A program made the position numbers and the translations under genes. Below the pieces are notes generated by a model that was given only the letters and a program-made list of their open reading frames with translations, ran no database searches and was not told the DNA's origin. A stretch of DNA of 64,000 nt from Mustelus asterias (Eukaryota). Positions 50,485-63,409 of this stretch are shown here, one piece after another. The first letter of the stretch is position 1. Each line of letters starts with the position of its first letter. Location of the stretch: the NCBI RefSeq assembly GCF_964213995.1, contig NC_135812.1:79546001-79610000 (forward strand). Reading direction: 5' to 3'.

Positions 50485-50780
50485 ATTTATTATTTATTTA
50501 TTAGTCAGAAGCAGGCTTACATTAACATTGCAATGAAGTTACTGTGAAAATCCCCTAGTCGCCACACTCTGGCACCCTTTGGGTACACTGAGGAAGAATT
50601 TAGCATGGCCAATACAGCTAACCAGCATTTCTTTCGGTCTGTGGGAGGAAACTGGAGCACCCGGATGAAAACCACACAGACAAGGGGAGAACGTGCAAAC
50701 TCCACAGAGACAGTGACCCAAGCCGGGAATCGCACCAGGGTCCCTGGTGCTGTGAGGCAGCAGTGCTAACCACTGTGCCA
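50485..50780 (-). mobile_element. V-SINE
   Basis: Reverse-complement pattern. Confidence 0.85.
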
Positions 50781-51594
50781 GTTAGATTTTTGGGAATATA
50801 TCCTCCGGGTTGACTGTGGAATTGGAAAGGAATAGTCCAGTATTAGGTAGAATCTTCTTCTAACATCGTGACTCCCAATGGTAGGAACAGAGCTTTATGG
50901 CATTTCTGCTTGTAGGTGGGACAATTGGCCACGTGTAATCACGTGGCTGCTCTGTGAATTAGATATGCAGAGGCAAGGGCACTGGGCAATCATGTGGCAA
51001 GGATGGACAGGAAGTCACCAGCCCCACTGTTAGCTCATGGGTTCAAAGGTCCAGGTGCCATTTTTCAACAGGCATTCCAGCAGAATCAGTGGCTGGGATT
51101 TTGCATCCTTGTTTGCCGCAAGCAAGTGGTGATGGGAATACAAAATATCTCGAGAGGCCCATCATAGCGAGCCTGGACTCAGTTTTGCTTTTAATGCAAA
51201 CTAACTTTGATGGGTCCATAACTGTCTCATTAATGAGATTCCAGGTATCACTTGCAGCCTATTAAATACTGACACTGTTCTCATGGTGTCATAAGGCCCC
51301 AGGTCTGTTACAATTAATTACTTTGAACTGTGAGATTGTTTAACACACTCCTCCTTGCCTATGTTACAAGTCAGTCTGGTGCTGAACATCAGTAAATTGG
51401 GAAAATGTATATAATTACAGGGCAAGATAACAGTCCACCATGATTGCTTGCCAGCTGTTTCTGAGGTAGGGCACTTCTCAAATAAGAATTCTATAATGTT
51501 GGTTCCAATTCATGCAAATTTGCATCCAGCCTTTGGAACATGCATGTATAAAGGTTCATTATAGTACAGATAATTGGGTGGCTAATTTTATACT

Positions 51595-52270
51595 GACCGG
51601 AATTTTCTCGGAAAAATTCCAGGTGTAAAATGGGCGAGAAAACGGGAGGATTTCTTGACTGTTTTTTCAATAATAGTAATGGTGATGGCAATTTACGGCA
51701 CTCTGTGCAATACAGAAGCTGGAATGTGAATCTCCTCGGGAGGGGGGATGTAGAGTTTCAGCTCGTCCGGAAGCTGGCTGCTGAAGGGATCTCCCAGTAT
51801 ACTGTGTACACTGTATACACAGTATACTGGGAGATCTGTCACTCCCCTCTCTCTCTGCCCCCTCACACTCTGCCCCCTTGGCACTGCCAGGGTGCCAGGC
51901 TGGAACTACCCAAGAGGCATTGCCCGACCCTGTGCCCCCCACCATCCGGGACTTAAATGGCCTCCGGTCCCGCCAGCAAGGCCATCACAACTGGTCCCTG
52001 TTGGTGGGAATCATCTGTGCTCCTCGCTGGTGAGGTCCTCGACCAGCAAGTTGAGAAAGGTAGGTGAGCCTGGATGATTGTAAAACATGTCATTAATATT
52101 TAAATCCACCTCGCGCCCTTCCCTTGTGCGAGGCTGATTTTGCCGGTAGAACGCAAGGCCGGGAATATCGCAAGAGGTGAAAAATCAAGTGCAAACCTGA
52201 TCTGTCGCCTCTCACTCATATTTCCTGCCCCACTACTCGACCAAAGCAGCAGGATGGAAAATTCCCATCC
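51595..52270. mobile_element. Harbinger-type MITE (boundaries uncertain)
   Basis: Shares ggcactgccagggtgccagg and gcactctgtgca motifs with the other MITEs; 21-bp perfect hairpin 51788-51836. Confidence 0.45.
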
Positions 52271-52876
52271 ATAGTTCCTTGTATGCTGTTGGTGGCTTTC
52301 CTTTTAATACATGCTACCCCTGCCTTATCACTGAATTCTGACTGTGCCAAGGCTCCTTGGGGGTCAAACCATTTCCGATAACTTACCCATAAGGATTCTA
52401 TATCCACCTATATCCATCCATGTCAGCCTGGACTGTGAATGTGAGCAGGTTATTTAAGCCTGGCACGACTGTCTCATTTCACTGCTACTGGGTCTGTTAT
52501 GGCTTAATCATGGTTTATAAACTGTCCTAATAATATTAATGTTTTTTGGTCTCCACCATTTTTCCAAGGGCCTATCACTGGATTGTTGAAGTTCATTGTT
52601 TTAAGCAATAGACCTCTCTTATTATATAAATTGGAGACCAATGACAGGCCTAGGACATAGATTGCCATTTTAGACCAAACTTATCGAGTCCATGTGTGTA
52701 CATTTACTGCCAGTACAGTTGAAAAATTGGGCAAAAGACAGGCTTTGAATTATTTTTGCAGGGCAAAGGAAGGGCTTTTCCAGGGCAGAAAATAAATGAG
52801 GGCCTCTGCTTTCCTGGACTTCTGTCTCTGCCTCTCTCCACTCCATCCATGTTTGCTCTCCCTTCCAAGTTTAGGG

Positions 52877-53097
52877 CCATAGAACTATAGAATTCTTTCA
52901 GTGCAGGAGGAGGCCGTTTGGCCCATTGAATCTGCACCAGCTCTCTGAAAGAGCATCTTTCCCAGGCTATCCCTCCCCCTGCCCTATCCCTGTAACCTCG
53001 CACATTTGTCATGGCTCATCCACCTCAACTACACATCTTTGGACACCAAAGGATAATTTAACATGGTCAATCCACCTAACCTGCATATCTTTGGACT
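52877..53097 (-). mobile_element. HE1 SINE 3' part
   Basis: catagaa tail, ggacaccaaagg..aatccacctaacc. Confidence 0.75.
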
Positions 53098-54221
53098 GAC
53101 CAAATGATATTACACCTGTCCAACACTAGAGGTATTAAGAATTAACCACATTGCTGTGGATCTGGAGTCACATGTAGGCCAGACCAGGACTAGGACAGCA
53201 TGCCAGATGTCCTTCACCACATAGCTGTTGGTAATCGAAAAACATTTTCCAACAATTGGTTATAGTTGTCATGGTCACCAGTCTGAGATAAGTTTTCAAT
53301 TCCGGATTTTATTAATCGAATTCAAATTCCACCCACGAGCTGCCATGGTGGGATCTGAACCCATATCCCCAAAGCATTAATTAACCTGGGTCTCTATATT
53401 ACTAGTCCAAAAATATTACCACCATCTCTCCCCATTTAAAAGAGACTTAGATGTGTGTTTGAAGTGACGTAACCTGTAAGACCAAAAGCAAGGAAATTAA
53501 ATAAGGCTGGATTTCTCTTTTTCATTCAAACGATGAACGGATGGCCGTTGTCTGTGTTCCAATATCCTCACTTTGACTTACCCAACCTTATTTCAGCTGA
53601 TACCTATAATTATAATGCTCCCTCCCTTAACTCCATTCTCACTAAGTTCCTGACATATAATTGCCTTTCTGTCTCTGTTTAATTAACATTGTAAATAATT
53701 ATCTCTCTTCAGCGATCACACATTTGAATTTCCATTCAGGCATTGGCCATGATTCCACACCCTCCAGCCTGGCCAAACCATTTTAGTCACTCACCTTCTC
53801 AAATTGCTCACTGTTTACTCAATCAGTCCTTGCTAACTTTCTCCAAACCCTAAGTTCCCCATTCTCTGCATTGTCATCTCCCAACTCACTCTGTGAACAT
53901 TAATTTTCGAACTCTCTGTTTGAATCATTGCACCCTTCTCACAGCTTCAGAGTAGTTTGACCCTATTATTCAATGAAATTCTCAGTGACTGTGACCACAG
54001 TGCATTATTTTTCATTTATGAAATAAGGTTCAATGTAGTCATTAACACTCTCCTTCAGTGCCTTCTCTCTGTTGTCCTGCTCTGTGGAACCAACCTGACT
54101 TGTTCCACCTCATCAGTTTGAGCCTGAGGTAATATTCCCATGAATATATAAAAGGTTGCAAGGTTTTAGAAAGAGGAAATTTTGTTCCTTGTATTTATTT
54201 GAGTTTCCTGAGGATGTAAAT

Positions 54222-54610
54222 TTCCACATTCTCCTCCTCAAGAAGGTCTCCGCGCTGCTCCAAGGCAGAGCACACCACCATAATGCGGGACAATATCAGG
54301 GGGCTATATTGGAGAGCCCCACCAGAGTATTCCAGGCACGTGAACCGCATCTTGAGGAGCCCCATGCACTGCTCCACTATCGAACGGGTGGCAACGTGGG
54401 CCTCATTATATTGGGTCTCCACCTCAGTCTCAGGCCTCCGCACAGGTGTCATCAGCTAAGTCCGAAGTGGGTCCTCCATGAGCCATCTTTGCACCCTTGG
54501 CTCCTCCTCAAAGACTTCCGGGATATCCGAACTCCTCAATTTGAAGCTGTCAGGGTGTCTGGCACAGACATGTATGATGTTGAGCCGATGGTCACACACA
54601 AATTGCACAT
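54222..54610 (-). mobile_element. PIF/Harbinger (HARBI1-like DDE) transposase relic
   Basis: VQFVCDHRLNIIHVCARHPDS ... MTPVRRPETEVETQYNEAHVATRSIVEQCMGLLKMRFTCLEYSGGALQYSP. Confidence 0.8.
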
Positions 54611-56577
54611 GCTAGCCAAAGAGAAAAAGGAAGCATTTGTCAAAGCTAGGAGGCTGGGAACACACGAAGCAAGTGTGGAATACAAGGAAAATAGAAAGAA
54701 ACATAAGCAAGGAGTAAGAAGAGCTAAAAGGGGTCATGAAAAAGCATTGGCCAGCAGGATTAAGGAAAATCCAAGGCTTTTTACACATATATAAAGAGCA
54801 AGAGGGTTGGCCCACTTGAGGACAAGGGAAGGAATCTATGTGTGGAGCCAGAGGAAATGGGCGAGGAATTAAATGAGTACTTTGCGTCAGTATTCACCAA
54901 AGAGAAGGACTTGGTGGATGATGAGTCTGGGAAAGGGTGTGTAGATAGTTTGAGTCATGTTGAGATCAAAAAGGAGGTATTGGGGTTCTTGAGAAACATC
55001 AAGGTAGACAAGTCTCCAGGGCCTGATGGGATATACCCCAGAATACTGAGAGAGGCAAGAGAGCAAATTGCTGGAGCCTTGAGAGAAATCTTTGTATCCT
55101 CACTGGCTAGAGGGGAGGTCACAGAGGATTGGAGAATAGCCAATGTTGTTCCTTTGTTTAAGAAGGGTAGCAAGAATAATCCAGGTAATTACAGGCCAGT
55201 GAGCCTTACATCAGTGGTAGGGAAATTATTGGAGAGGATTCTTCAAGACAGGATTTATTCCCACTTGGAAATAAGTGGACGTTTTAGTGAGAGACAACAT
55301 GGTTTTATGAAGGGGAGGTCGTGTCTCACGAACTTGATTGAGTTTTTTGAGGAAGTGACGAAGATGATTGAGGGTAGGGCAGTGGATGTTGTCTACATGG
55401 ACTTCAGTAAGGCCTTTGACAAGGTCCCTCATGGCAGACTGGTGCAGAAGGTGAAGTCGCATGGGATCAGAGGTGAGCTGGCAAGGTGGATACAAAATTG
55501 GCTCGGTCAAAGAAGACAGAGGGTAGCAGTGGAAGGGTGCGTTTCTCAATGGAGGGCTGTGACAAGTGGTGTTCCTCAGGGATCAGTGCTGGGACCTTTG
55601 CTGTTTGTAATATATATAAACGATTTGGAGGAAAATGTAACTGGTTTGATTAGTAAGTTTGCGGACAACACAAAGGTTGGTGGATTTGCGGATAGCAATG
55701 AGGACCATCAGAGGATACAGCAGGATATAGATCAGTTGGAGACTTGGGCGGAGAGATGGCAGATGAAGTTTAATCCGGACAAATGTGAGGTAATGCATTT
55801 TGGAAGGTCTAATACAGATAGGAAATATACAGTAAATGGCAGAACCCTTAGGAGTATTGATAGGCAAAGGGATCTGGGTGTACAGGTACGCAGGTCACTG
55901 AAAGTGGCAATGCCAGTGGAGAAGGTAGTCAAGAAGGCATACGGCACGCTTGCCTTCATCGGCCGGGGTATTGAGTTTTAAAATTGGCAAGTCATGTTGC
56001 AGCTTTATAGAACGTTAGTGAGGCCGCACTTGGAATATAGTGTTCAATTCTGGTTGCCACACTACCAGAAGGATGTGGAGGCTTTGGAGAGGGTACAGAA
56101 AAGATTTACCAGGATGTTGCCTGGTATGGAGGGCATTAGCTATGAGGAGAGGCTGGAGAAACTTGGTTTGTTCTCACTGGAGCGACGGAGGTTGAGGGGA
56201 AACCTGATAGAAGTCTACAAGATTATGAGAGGAATGGACAGAGTGGATGGTCAGAAGTTTTTTCCCAGGGTGGAAGAGTCAACTACTAGGGGGCATAGGT
56301 TCAAGGTGTGAGGGGCAAGTTTTAAAAGAGATGTACGAGGCAGATTTTTTACACAGAGGGTGGTGGGTGCCTGGAATTCGTTGCCGGGGGAGGTAGTGGA
56401 AGCGGATACGGTAGTGGCTTTTAAGGGACATCTTGACAAGTACATGAATGAGATGGGAATAGAGGGATATGGTCCCTGGAAGAGTAGGGGGTTTTAATTA
56501 AGTCAGGCAGCATGGTCGGTGCAGGCTTGGAGGGCCGAAGGGCCTGTTCCTGTGCTGTAATTTTCTTTGTTCTTTGT
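54611..56577 (+). mobile_element. 5'-truncated CR1/HER1 LINE, inactivated ORF2
   Basis: ORFs 54842-55981 and 55994-56311: KSPGPDG, NYRPVSLTS, DFSKAFDKV, FADN (catalytic D lost), two nonsense codons. Confidence 0.95.
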
Positions 56578-57860
56578 AACTAGTGCGATAGATAAAGGAG
56601 AACCTGTAGATTTAATATTCCTGGATTTCCAAAAGGCAAAATACGGGCTGATGGAGATGGGGTAATATATTAGCGCGGGTACGGGATGGGTTAACAGACT
56701 AAAAGCAAAATAAAGGGCATAAGTGAGCCATTTTCAAGTTCACAAGCTGTGACTAGTGGAGTGCCGTAAATACAAGTGCTGGGGTCTCAGCTATTTACAA
56801 TCTATATTGATGACTTAGATGAATAAACAGAGAGTAATTTGTCTAAGTTTGTTGATGAAACTAAGCGAGCTGAGAAGATAAACTGTGGGGAGGACAGAGA
56901 GGCTGGAAAGAAATATAGATAAAGTGAGTGAAAATAAGATGACACATGGAGGCTAAAATGGAGAAGTGGATGTTATTCATTTTGGTCATAAGAATATAAA
57001 AGCAGAATATTTTTCAAATTCCAATTCTTTTCTCGCACGTAGTGGTGCACGAAGGCAGACCATTGTCTGTCTCCATAGCTAGTAATTGCCGGAACAGGCC
57101 GTGAGTCTGCATTAGGGACGCCACTCCACATCGAGCGTGGCTGACCAGGAGTCTCTCCCACTCTTACCACCAGTTATTGGCGTGTTTAGAAGGATTTGCA
57201 AGTTGACACACTCAACCTGTTTGACCGTGTTATGAACACAACTTCCTCGACCATCAAGTCTTGGGCTGAGACTCGAAAAAATATTTTTTAAAAGGTGTTA
57301 AACTTCTAAATGTTGATGTTTAAAGAGACTTGGATGCGCTCATACAATCAATGCAGAAAATTGTCATGTGGGTGCAACAAACAATTAGAAAGGCAACGGG
57401 CATTTTAGCCTTTAGTGCAAAGGGATTGGAGAGCAGGAGAAAAGACATCTTGCTACTGTTGGCCAAGGTTTTGGTGCGGCCACATCTGGAATTTTGTATG
57501 CAGTATTGTTCTCCATTTTTAAGGGAAGATATATTTGCAGTCGGGATGGTTCTACAAACGTTCACTAAATTGATCCGATGATGAGGGGCTAAGTAAATTG
57601 GGCTTGTATTCTCTAGTGTTTAGAAGAATGAGAGGTGATCTCACTGAGATATTCACGATTCTGAAGGGACTTGATAGGGTGGACACTGGGAGATTATTTC
57701 AGTTGGTAGACGAATAAGGCAAAATCCTAGGATAAGTGGACAATCATTTAGGACTGAGATGAAGAGAGATTTCACTCTGAGGGCATTGAATCTTGGGAAT
57801 TTTCTATCCTAGGGGGTTGTGAGTGCTTCATCATTGAGTACAGTTATGGCTGAGCTTGAC
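56578..57860 (+). mobile_element. Older degenerate CR1 fragment (with a SINE-like insert ~57016-57277)
   Basis: Decayed DFQKA, VTSGVP, LVRPHLEFC motifs. Confidence 0.7.
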
Positions 57861-57884
57861 ATATTTTTGGTTTCTTCGGGAACC

Positions 57885-58080
57885 AAGGTGGTGCAGTGGC
57901 ACAGCGATTAGCACTGCAAACAGCTGCCTCACTGCACCAGGGATCCAAGTTCAATTCCGGTGACTGTATGGAGTTTGCACATTCTCCCTGTGTGCGTGGG
58001 TTTCTCCAGGTGCTCCGGTTTCCCATACTCCAAAGATGCGCGGGTTAGGTTAATTGGCATGCTAAATTGCCCCTTAGTGT
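57885..58080 (+). mobile_element. HE1 SINE 5' part
   Basis: Head and V-domain ending at ctaaattgccccttagtgt. Confidence 0.75.
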
Positions 58081-60705
58081 TGTAATTAGTTTAGGGGAAA
58101 GAAGACAGAGATTGCCTGGACTACGTCTCAAAAAGAAAATAAATAACCGTGGTTTACAAACCACAAATCACGGTTAACATTGGAGAGCAACCAGAAGAAA
58201 TACATCGGGAATTTTCCATTGATGCCAGTTAAACTCGGGATCGGGGCCAAAGTTCATTTGTGGGAAGTGCAAATAAAAATAAAGGCACTGTATCAAGAAA
58301 TAAAGAGGCCACACCCAACAAAAGAAAATAGAGGGAAGATTGATATGGACAAGTCACCTCATTGCCTTGCCTTTGTTTGCCTGATAACTGTGATAGTGAA
58401 TGAGTCAATCACAGAGTGTAGGATGGACTTTTACATTGATGAGAAAAGATCAGGTTAATACTTCCTATCAGTTGCTAACCCAACAATTTAGCAGATTTAT
58501 TGATTTAATTTCAAAGTCTGAATAGCTGGTACACTAGTATGACCATCACACTGGCATACTCTGATGACCAAACCTTCCCCCTGCTCCTCATCTCCTGCTT
58601 TCGTCCAGCTTCCTAAGTGCTTGAGGCCCCTTTTACCTGCTTCACGTCTCCCTGAGGCTCCTCTCCTGCTCATTCCCTCTGTCATCCATGTTGCTTCCAC
58701 TGATGTAAGTGAACAACCATCTCATTACGGGATGTGTTCCCGGAAAAACCCGTAAGATTTGCATGAGTCAAAAAGATTGTTATGAAAAGTTCCCGTGCCT
58801 TTGTGCATAATCGAACATGGGATATAATACTGCGGATGAGCAGCGGAAACTTGCAAGTCAATCCGAATTTCACTATTGTACCGATAGGTGCCTGCAGTAA
58901 CATAAACAGCTGGCAGAGGGCAACAGTTGCATAAAATACCTGTTCCAGGTTAGCTACCTGCCAATAGAGGGTGTCAGATATACTGAAGTTCCTTCAAAAT
59001 GTCCAAACATCTCAAAAAGGTACAAATGAGAAAAACTATTTAGCTTGGTCATATGGAATTTAAAAATATACCTTCCCTCTTATAAGAATATAAGAACTAA
59101 GAGCAGCAGCAGGCAATTCAGTCCCTTGAGTCTGTTCTGCCATTCAATACAATCATGGCTGATCTCATCTCAGCCTCATCTCCATCTTCCCGTCCACTCC
59201 CCATAACCCTTAATCTCATTATTAACCAAAAACCTATCTATCTCCTTCAATTTGTTCAGTGTTCCGGTGTCCACTGTACTGTGGGGTAGAGAATTCCACG
59301 GATTCAGGACTCTTTGAGTGAAGTAGTTCCTCCTCATTTCTGTTTTAAATCTGCTACTCCTCAGCCTAAAACTATTCTAGAATATCCAACAAGGAAAAAC
59401 ATCTACTTTACGTCTACCTTGTCAATCCCTTTTAGCGTCTTACATACTTCCTCTCATTCTTCTAGACTCCAACATGTAGAGGCCTAAACTGTTCAATCTC
59501 TCTTCATAAGATAAGTCCTTCATACCTGGAGCAATCTAGTGAACATTCTCTAGGTCACCTCTAATGTATTTACATCTTTCCTTAAGTAAGGGGACCAAAA
59601 CTGGGTGCAGTACTCTAGATGCAGTCTCACCAATGCCCTGTACAGTTACAAAAGCACTTCCCTACTTTTATACTCTATTCCATTAGCAATGAATGCCAAA
59701 ATTCAATTTTCCTTCCTTATTACTTGCTGCACCACATAGAGTCATAGAATCATAGAGGTTTACATCATGGAAACAGGTCCTTCGGCCCAACTTGTCCATG
59801 CCACCCTTTTTTTGTAAACCCCAAAGCTAGTCCCAATTGCCCACATTTGGCCCATATCCCTCTATACCCATGTTACCCATGTAACTGTCTAAATGCTTTT
59901 TAAAAGACAAAATTCTACCTGCCTCTACTACTACCTCTGGCGGCTTGTTCCAGACACTCACCACCCTCTGTATGAAAGAATTGCCCCTCTGGACCCATTT
60001 GTAACTCTCCCCTCTCACTTTAAACCTATGCCCTCTAGTTTTAGACTCCCCTACCTTTGGGAAAAGATGTTGACTATCTAGCTGATCTATGCCCCTCATT
60101 ATTTTATAGACCTCTATAAGATCACCCCTCAGCCTTCGACGCTCCAGAGAAAAAAGTTCCAGTCTATCAAACCTCTCCTTATAACTCAAACCATCAAGTC
60201 CCGGTAGCATCCTAATAAATCTTATCTGCATTCTTTCTAGTTTAATAATATCCTTTCTATAATAGGGTGACCAGAACTGTACACAGTATTCCAAGTGTGG
60301 CCTTACCAATGTCTTGTACAACTTCAACAAGACGTCCCAACTCCTGTATTCAATGTTCTGACCAATGAAACCAAGCATGCTGAATGCCTTCTTCACCACT
60401 CTGTCCACCTGTGACTCCGCTTTCAAGGAGCGATGAACATGTGCCCCTAGATCTCTTTGTTCTATAACTCTCCCCAACGCCCTACCATTAACTGAGTAAG
60501 TCCTGCCCTGGTTCAATCTACCAAAATGCATCACCTCGCATTTATCTAAATTAAACTCCATCTGCATACCAACTTTCTGCAGTTCATGCCCAAGGACACC
60601 CAGATCTCCCTGCACTGAAACATTTTGAAATTTCTCTCCATTTAGATAGTAAGTTGCCTTTTTATTCCTCTAACCAAAATGGATACCCTCACATTTATCC
60701 ACCAT

Positions 60706-61336
60706 TGTGATATGGCACAAACTAATAATGGCATGATGGGAAAAGTGGCTACTTGCTCGAAGTGATACTAACAAAAAACCACAGAACAAAGCAGCTGCTA
60801 AACCATTTGACCCTCACCCGAACTAGTAAGTTTAAACTAAGGCTGACTCTGCTTATCTTAGGGAAGGGAAGTAAGAAAACAATATAAGGCCAACTGGCCT
60901 GATCTCAGGTTGTTTTGAGAAGTGCCCTAGAACTACGTACATAAACACGATAAGGTCGGAGGTGAGGGAGTCACAGAACCATTTTGTTCCTTCAAAGGAC
61001 AAGATAATGTTATTATTGATAAGACCGAGGGGCCTCGGAAGTTACGGTGAGATGCCACTTGTATTGACGTTGCTACTAATTGTTTTATTGTTCATTTTCC
61101 CGCGTAAGCCTTTGTCACAAAACCTGATACTGACTTTGTATAAATTGTGGACTGTTTCTGGGGCTAGGGGCGGACTTGGTGGAGGAATTAGCAGCTGTAC
61201 CAACTGCTCTCTGACCTCAAGTTTCAGCCAAAACTGCATGCAGTCTGTCGTAAATAAATAGTTGTATTGTCGGAATGAATTTTTGTAGAGTCTGTCTTTT
61301 ACAAGTAATTAGCAGGAAAAAAGTTACACTTCAACA
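60706..61336 (+). mobile_element. Solo LTR (631 bp) inserted in CR1
   Basis: TG...CA; 4-bp TSD CCAT at 60702-60705 and 61337-61340; AATAAA near the 3' end. Confidence 0.85.
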
Positions 61337-61542
61337 CCATAAATTCCACCTGCCAAATTTCGGCTCACTCACCTATCCATATCAATTTGTAAATATATTT
61401 CCGCATTACAATTTGCTTTCCCACCTATTTTACTGTCATCTGCAAATTTGGCTATAGTACATTCTATCCCTGCTACCATGACATGAATATGGATAGCAAA
61501 TGGTTGGGGCCCGAGGACTGAACCCTGTGACACACTACTAGT

Positions 61543-63409
61543 CATGATGTGGAGATGCCGGCGTTGGACTGGGGTAAACACAGTAAGAAGTTTAACAACA
61601 CCAGGTTAAAGTCCAACAGGTTTATTTGGTAGCAAAAGCCACACAAGCTTTCGGAGCTCCAAGCCCCTTCTTCAGGTGAGTGGGAATTCTGTTCACAAAC
61701 AGAGACACAAACTCAATTTACATGAATAATGGTTGGAATGCGAATACTTACAACTAATCAAGTCTTTAAGAAACAAAACAACGTGAGTGGAGAGAGCATC
61801 AAGACAGGCTAAAAAGATGTGTATTGTCTCCAGACAAGACAGCCAGTGAAACTCTGCAGGCCCAGGCAACTGTGGGGGTTACAAATAGTGTGACATGAAC
61901 CCAATATCCCGGTTGAGGCCGTCCTCGTGTGTGCGGAACTTGGCTATCAGTTTCTGCTCAGCGACTCTGCACCGTCGTGTGTCGCGAAGGCCGCCTTGGA
62001 GAACGCTTACCCGAATATCAGAGGCCGAATGCCCGTGACCGCTGAAGTGCTCCCCAACAGGAAGAGAACAGTCTTGCCTGGTGATTGTCGAGCGGTGTTC
62101 ATTCATCCGTTGTCGCAGCGTCTGCATAGTTTCCCCAATGTACCATGCCTCGGGACATCCTTTCTTGCAGCGTATCAGGTAGGCAACATTGGCCGAGTTG
62201 CAAGAGTATGTACCGTGTACCTGGTGGATGGTGTTCTCACGTGAGATGATGGCATCTGTGTCGATGATCCGACACGTCTTGCAGAGGTTGCTGTGGCAGG
62301 GTTGTGTGGTGTCATGGTCACTGTTCTCCTGAAGGCTGGGTAGTTTGCTGCGGACAATGGTCTGTTTGAGATTGTGCGGTTGTTTGAAGGCAAGAAGTGG
62401 GGGTGTGGGGATGGCCTTGGCGAGATGTTCGTCTTCATCAATGACATGTTGAAGGCTCCGGAGGAGATGCCGTAGCTTCTCCGCTCCGGGGAAGTACTGG
62501 ACAACGAAGGGTACTCTGTCCACTGTGTCCCGTGTTTGTCTTCTGAGGAGGTCGGTGCGGTTTTTCGCTGTGGCGCGTTGGAACTGTTGATCAATGAGTC
62601 GAGCGCCATATCCTGTTCTTATGAGGGCATCTTTCAGCGTCTGGAGGTGTCTGGTGCGATCCTCCTCATCCGAGCAGATCCTGTGTATACGGAGGGCTTG
62701 TCCGTAGGGGATGGCTTCTTTAACGTGTTTAGGGTGGAAGCTGGAGAAGTGGAGCATCGTGAGGTTATCTGTGGGCTTGCGGTACAGTGAGGTGCTGAGG
62801 TGACCGTCCTTAATGGAGATGCGTGTGTCCAAGAATGCAACCGATTTCGGAGAGTAGTCTATGATGAGTCTGATGGTGGGATGGAACTTGTTGATGTCAT
62901 CATATAGTTGTTTCAGTGATTGTTCACCATGAGTCCAAAGGAAGAAAATGTCATCGATGTATCTAGTGTATAGCATCAGTTGAAGGTCCCGTGCGGTGAA
63001 GAAGTCTTGTTCGAACCTGTGCATGAAGATGTTGGCATATTGAGGTGCGAATTTGGTCCCCATGGCTGTTCCGTGTGTCTGGATAAAGAACTGGTTGTTG
63101 AAGGTGAAGATATTGTGGTCCAGGATGAAGCGGATGAGATGTAAAATTGCATCTGGAAACTGGCAGTTGTTGGCGCTGAGCACTGAGGCCATTGCAGCAA
63201 TGCCATCGTCATGGGGGATGCTGGTGTAGAGTGCCGAGACATCCATTGTGACGAGGAGCGCTCCTGGTTCAACTGCTCCATGTGTGCCGAGTTTCTGTAG
63301 GAAGTCCGTCGTGTCGCGACAAAAGCTGGGGGTTCTTTGTACAATGGGTTTCAGGATGCCCTCGACATAGCCGGAGAGGTTCTCGCACAGGTTCTCGCAC
63401 AGGTTCTCG
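61543..63409 (-). mobile_element. 5'-truncated Penelope-like element (RT + GIY-YIG endonuclease), frame intact 63409-61879
   Basis: RT motifs MDVSALYTSIP, QTHGTAMG, RYIDDIF; GIY-YIG region AYLIRC...WYIGET...RMNEH; 12-bp TSD CACACTACTAGT at 61531-61542 and 63410-63421. Confidence 0.95.
61642..61678 (-). ncRNA. Minimal type-I hammerhead ribozyme motif in the Penelope pLTR
   Basis: Minus strand cac-CTGAAGA-aggggc ttgga gctcc-GAAA-gctt-gtg: core CUGANGA/GAAA, stem II, stem I cac/gtg. Confidence 0.6.

Noticed and set aside
54156-54794. 212-aa plus-strand ORF
   Set aside because: Chimera of antisense Harbinger relic and CR1 sequence.
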